From Octopus bimaculoides (lineage: Eukaryota): a DNA stretch of 39,959 bases. The number at the start of each line of letters is the position of its first letter. Position 1 is the first letter of the stretch. Under the pieces are notes generated by a model. The model had not been told where the DNA came from. It saw nothing but the letters and a program-made list of their open reading frames with translations, and ran no database searches. The translations under genes and the position numbers were made by a program. The stretch spans positions 134,978,323 to 135,018,281 of the forward strand of contig NC_068984.1 of the NCBI RefSeq assembly GCF_001194135.2, read 5' to 3'. This document shows, piece by piece, positions 34,561-39,959 of this stretch.

Positions 34561-35540
34561 AGTCCGGATACGTATTAATCACACATATTTACACATAGTC
34601 ACATATACATAAGCATGCATATACCTATACGTACTTATACGTACATAGACACACACACGTGTATATACTCAATTCCAGACGTAAAACAACCAACTGTAGC
34701 AAAGACACAGTATAACTCCCTGCCGTAATTTTAGTCACTCTTATTGTCTCCAACTAATCTTTAAAATGAATTTTTAAAAAAGCATTCTTTCGTTAGACTA
34801 ACCTAATTTTGGTGCATATGCTCACACTAAGATCATTCATATGCAGTTTAGTTTGTAACATAGTTAATGTAAGATTATATAATGCATCCTTGTGACTGCA
34901 TGAGTAGAAGTCAAATAATGGTTGGTGCAGGAGTGTATCCCATTGAAAAGCACCCCCTCTCTTATTCTTTTCGGTTCAAGCACTGCATGGTGGATAACAA
35001 GACGTGATGAGTTTTCTCTACTTTACATCTAAGTGTGCTCAGCGCCATCTTAACAAATTCGCCGGCAACGCTTATTCTTAAATATTTAATGCTTTGCAAA
35101 AATTGGAATCTCATAGAACTAGTGATATGAATGACTCGATTTAATTCCCTAAAGTTGAATTGAAAAGAATGATATATTAGGCGCTGAGGTTCTGTGTCAG
35201 AAGAACTGACTTCTTTACGTTTATGAAGCAGCGTGCTTTTCATAGGGCTACAATGCAAATTCATATAAATAGAGGTATAATATAATGCAGTGAATACCCA
35301 CAGATAGTATTATGACATTGATTCATGCTTTCTCCTCTGTACAGAGATAGTGCAAATATAGGTAGCATTTCAATTATAAACTAAGGAATTTCGTATACAA
35401 ACTGTTATCAAATATATATTCCAGATAAAAAGAAAATATATTCAGAAAAGCAAAATCTAGATGTTATATTAATCCAATATTCTGTAATGATTGATATAAA
35501 AAGAGCTAAGAAGCAAATTTCATTATACAGAAAACATATT

Positions 35541-35750
35541 GGTTTCAAATTTTGTCACAGTGCCAGCACTTTCAATGCGGGTAGGATGCTTACAACATCG
35601 ATCCCAGTGCTGAAATCTTAGTTATTTCATAAACCCCACAAAAGAAGGAAAGTGGACCTTGGAAGAATTTGAACTCAGAACGTATCGATGGACGAAATGT
35701 CGCTAAGAATGTCGACTAGCGTGCTAACGATTCTGCCAGCTCGCCGCCTT
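35541..35750 (-). mobile_element. SINE family 1, older copy
   Basis: aatttgaactcagaacgta...gacgaaat..cgctaag...gcgtgctaacgattctgccagctcgccgcctt. Confidence 0.85.
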
Positions 35751-37528
35751 ATAAATACGTATAAACATTAATATGTTGTTGCGTAAATAACTTGAAGATC
35801 TTCCAAAATACTTTTTTGTTTTAAAATAAAGCAAACAACAAACAAACATATGCAAGGAGAATAGCAACCTATCAACATAACATTTGTACAATAGTATTTC
35901 GAACAGGAAATGTAAATAGAACAGAAGTGTAAATTGTGAAATACTTTTACAAAAATACAGCTGCTTGATATATTATGTTGTCGGGATTGTGTGAAACTAA
36001 AGTATTTTAAAGGCTGCTCAGGTATTTTGTAAATCGTCTGGGAGTTATGCTAAAGCAGAAAATAATCTTATTTAATTCTGACTTTACGTACTTTATCTAT
36101 ATCTTAATAGAAAACTAATTTATTGTATAGAATGTCTATGAATTTTAGGTGAAGCATAATACAATGAACAGCAAGCGAGAGACTCTCCGGTCATCTCCAT
36201 TGCGGCTGAACTGAAATCTGTGATACTCAAGGTGTTGAACATATAATGCAAACCTGAGGTAGAAAATGTTATTAACCAAACAATATTGAAACTTAAAGTG
36301 AAAAAATAATGTTCTAAAAAACATTGCATCATTTTTATCTTCTACTTAGTAAGGCATCATCAGCTGAAATGACATAGAATACTAACTTATTATTTCAAAC
36401 AAAACTTAAGTTTGACTCTAGGATTTAAAAGCGTTTATAAGGTCCGCGCACGTTGCTTGTATGCGGTGCATTGCATACAACCTAACTGAGATTCATTTAT
36501 TCATAGATGTATGCCGGATAGGAAAAATTGCTGTCTCACAAAGTTCATCAACACGCATTTGTCGTGCTCAACTGATGAGAATTGACCATCATACTCATGA
36601 TGGCGACAATAATACTGTAAAAGTCTGTAGCGAGATCAGTCTCTATTATGGCATAGTGGAATCGACTAGCCTTTTATAGGCTCCACACATTAATCTTTAA
36701 TGATTGATCGTCTGATTTATCACGCGAGTTTGGAACATTTGGTTGAGTTCTGTACTTTGATCGACCGGGTATTGCGCGGGATATGGATCTTGGGTCTAAT
36801 CACGTTGTGCGTAATACATTCTAAAACAATTAAACTGAATCATCGCTGGAGCCCAGCCTCTGCCTATATATAGCTTTATGAAATCATTTATAGACAGAGA
36901 GTTGAGAGATTTTAAAGAAAGCGGAGTCATGTTATTTTTCTGCTGTTATAACGAAGCGCGTGTAAACAAAGACGACCATAGCTGAATTATCCAAATATGG
37001 ATGAGCTAAACAGCCACTAGAATCCGTCGTGTATTTATGACGTCCAATATATAATTTAGCGGCGGAATACAGTCTCACTGTTATTTCAAAGTTTATTTCT
37101 TGTATTATTTCCATGAGTAAAAGCGCAACACGTTACATAACGAAATGCACAATCCGAAGTAAACCAAGAGACCCTTTATACATAAACAGCTGAAAGGCTC
37201 AACGTAATTTTTCACACTCATTAATTCAGCTGGTAATAAATCACTGCTATATATATACATATATATTTTAAAAAATTAAGGAATGGAGAAAACGCATGTT
37301 ATAACTGCATACTTTATTCCGACATATGTTTCGAAGAATTACAATTTATGCGATCCATAGGATCCTTAAATTTTTTAATATACTCAATTACCCAAAATAT
37401 CAGGGAGTTTCTGCCTCACCAACAGGAATTACACCACAGTTATTTTGTGATCTTTGCTACCTTGGTTTCTATTAACCCATTTATTCTATCAGAATTATTA
37501 TTTATTAGGATAGAATAAATACATATAA

Positions 37529-37560
<32 letters not shown>

Positions 37561-39877
37561 NNNNNNNNNNNNNNNNNNNNNNNNNNNNNNNNNNNNNNNN
37601 NNNNNNNNNNNNNNNNNNNNNNNNNNNNNNNNNNNNNNNNNNNNNNNNNNNNNNNNNNNNNNNNNNNNNNNNNNNNNNNNNNNNNNNNNNNNNNNNNNNN
37701 NNNNNNNNNNNNNNNNNNNNNNNNNNNNNNNNNNNNNNNNNNNNNNNNNNNNNNNNNNNNNNNNNNNNNNNNNNNNNNNNNNNNNNNNNNNNNNNNNNNN
37801 NNNNNNNNNNNNNNNNNNNNNNNNNNNNNNNNNNNNNNNNNNNNNNNNNNNNNNNNNNNNNNNNNNNNNNNNNNNNNNNNNNNNNNNNNNNNNNNNNNNN
37901 NNNNNNNNNNNNNNNNNNNNNNNNNNNNNNNNNNNNNNNNNNNNNNNNNNNNNNNNNNNNNNNNNNNNNNNNNNNNNNNNNNNNNNNNNNNNNNNNNNNN
38001 NNNNNNNNNNNNNNNNNNNNNNNNNNNNNNNNNNNNNNNNNNNNNNNNNNNNNNNNNNNNNNNNNNNNNNNNNNNNNNNNNNNNNNNNNNNNNNNNNNNN
38101 NNNNNNNNATATATATATATATATATATACCGTTTTTTTCAGTATTATTGCTAAAGGAGGAGGAGAAGTTGAGGTATGAGCGTAAGTCAGTGTGTTTGCA
38201 TTGGATGGTGTGTTTTCAGTGAGAGTGGAGTGTTTTATGTTGACTGAAATGGCGAGAAAAGGGAATGAAATGTAGGAGACAGTGTAGAAGAATTCAAGGC
38301 AGGATGGAAGGATAGGACAAAAGAGAGAAAGGCAAAGTAATGACGTACAGAGTATAAAAGTTTTATAAAAATTCAAAAGTTGTGAAGAGAAGAAAAAAAA
38401 AGAGAAGAATAGGAGAGAAAAAGAGAAGAAGAGAAGACGAACAGAAGAAGAAAAGAGGAGAGAAAAGCAAAGTTACAATGTACGGAGAAAGAAAAAACAG
38501 AGTTCAAAAAGAGTTTTTTTTTAATATCCTGAGTGCATATTTCGCACCCGCTTGAATTTGCTTACGGCGGCATTTCCTATGGGTAACTAGAAGCCATAGT
38601 CAACAGATTTCGTAGTTCAATGAAAATTATATTGGAAAATTCGAGTCTGTTTTCTTACAACAAGATGAAAAATCTTAACCTGCCATACTAGTATATTTAC
38701 ATAATCTGCTTACTTTTTAAGGTCTTTCAGATTAATAAATTTCGCTCTATGAATGTGACCGACTGTCATAAATTTGCTGTCTCCATGTCGATATCGTTAA
38801 ACTCAATTAAATTCGAATGAAATTATCAGCTTAACAACAATTCGCATTTCACAACTTGTCTCCTTCTGTGAGTGGGGCTGAATCACGATATGTAATTCTG
38901 TTGTAGTTTGGTAACAGCTTCTTAACCAAGCGGTCGCGGCACCCGTTGATAATTCATTCTGATGGCACGAAGTACTTTAAAATGTTCACTACTGGTGAAC
39001 ATTTATCCCTGAACAATAGTGTATTGTCTGAATAACCACAAATTTCTCTTTTGCCACCACAACCCCCTATCTATCGAATGGTGGCGCGTTACTTAACTGT
39101 GGCAATCTTAGCATTTTTAAGATACTATACTCATTGTTGGCAAAGTTTATTATTTCAACATCTGTTCGTTGCAGCGCTGCGATTTTGCTCTCAATCCAGC
39201 ATAAAAAAAAGAAAAAAAACATTCCTTCATTATACGTACAAATTCATAAGATTTAGCCACATGTAAAAAAAAAAAGAAAAGGCAACATGATAAGAGCTGC
39301 ATCATGAACTATTGTTCAATGACACTGTATCAAAACAGCGAAAAGAAACAAACGTCAAACAAAAACCGAACAAAAAAAACTGTTGAATAACAGTGGCGAG
39401 TTATTTTGAAATAGCCAAACTCTTTGCTGGAGTTTGGTTATTTCACACCTGTTACCTGTTTATAACAAATCTGACAATCTAAAAAATAACTGGAAATAAT
39501 GTATAAATTATTATCATCATGTTGTCCTCACGGTCGATGAATTGTATACAATACATTGCTCTTAAACAGTGTTACTAATATATATATTATAAAGACACAA
39601 ATATTGTCAGAAACAGATTCATACATAAATACATACATGTTCTCTATGTGGCTCGTGTGTTCTCGTCTACGTTTGTGTGCAATGTCCTGTACCCAGATAT
39701 GCACCTATACATACAGGTGGATGTCGGTATGCACATACCTGTACGTATATATGCATATACTCATTTACTTTTGTTTTTACATGATTGAACGCAGCGTCTC
39801 ACAAAAATTGTAAGTAGTTCGTAAACTTATCCTCCGACGCTACTCTATCTCTTTCTCTTTCCTTTCTCCCCCCCCTC

Positions 39878-39959
39878 GTTCTTCCTCTGTACTACTACGT
39901 ATCTCGCCTTACCCCTCTTGTTCTTCCTCTGTACTACTACGTATCTCGCCTTACCCCTC
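39878..39959. repeat. 42-bp tandem repeat, at least 2 copies, running off the window end
   Basis: gttcttcctctgtactactacgtatctcgccttacccctc at 39878 and 39920, identical over 40 nt. Confidence 0.9.

Larger units (their letters stand above)
1037..38108. other. 14 assembly gaps: 1037-1195, 2556-2647, 6198-6287, 7556-8299, 9138-9147, 11781-11879, 13248-13964, 17531-17540, 20300-20438, 21713-22004, 23635-24292, 29844-30292, 31931-32034, 37561-38108
   Basis: N runs, about 4.1 kb in total; almost all bordered by microsatellites. Exons could be hidden in them. Confidence 0.98.

Noticed and set aside
1020-38376. Long ORFs containing X runs or YIYI, HTHT, CVCV, LSIY repeats (for example 7331..8332, 13207..14151, 23466..24629, 29794..30534, 37498..38376)
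   Set aside because: They are translations of N-gaps and of di- or tetranucleotide microsatellites that lack stop codons.
38130-38500. Strongly purine-rich stretch after the last gap
   Set aside because: May be another Penelope-like or low-complexity remnant, but has no diagnostic motif or second copy in the window.

Overview
Eukaryotic, AT-rich, mostly non-coding draft-assembly DNA. About 4.1 kb (~10%) lies in 14 N-gaps, nearly all next to microsatellites. The repeat content (two abundant tRNA-derived SINE families, R4/Dong-type LINE remnants, Penelope-like ends, dense TA/CA/TATC/TGTC/AAT/CAT microsatellites) points to a coleoid cephalopod, probably Octopus; this is inferred from recalled repeat families, not from a search. 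There are no prokaryotic genes, CRISPR arrays, rRNA or real tRNA genes. Almost all of the supplied ORF track is microsatellite or N-gap artefact. No host protein could be named. Small splice-site-bounded, frame-open segments form two rival phase-compatible exon chains, one per strand, and a near-perfect RFX X-box sits in a CpG-rich patch at 34.5 kb. The most unusual signals are hammerhead-ribozyme-like motifs with non-canonical cores: (i) a U3-A8 variant in a 364-bp unit bounded by 20-bp direct repeats between (TA)n tracts (611-994), and (ii) three copies of a family with a CUGU-N-GA (A6U) core whose 3' ends all abut (TA)n. All protein similarities were judged by eye against remembered consensus motifs and need HMM/BLAST confirmation.
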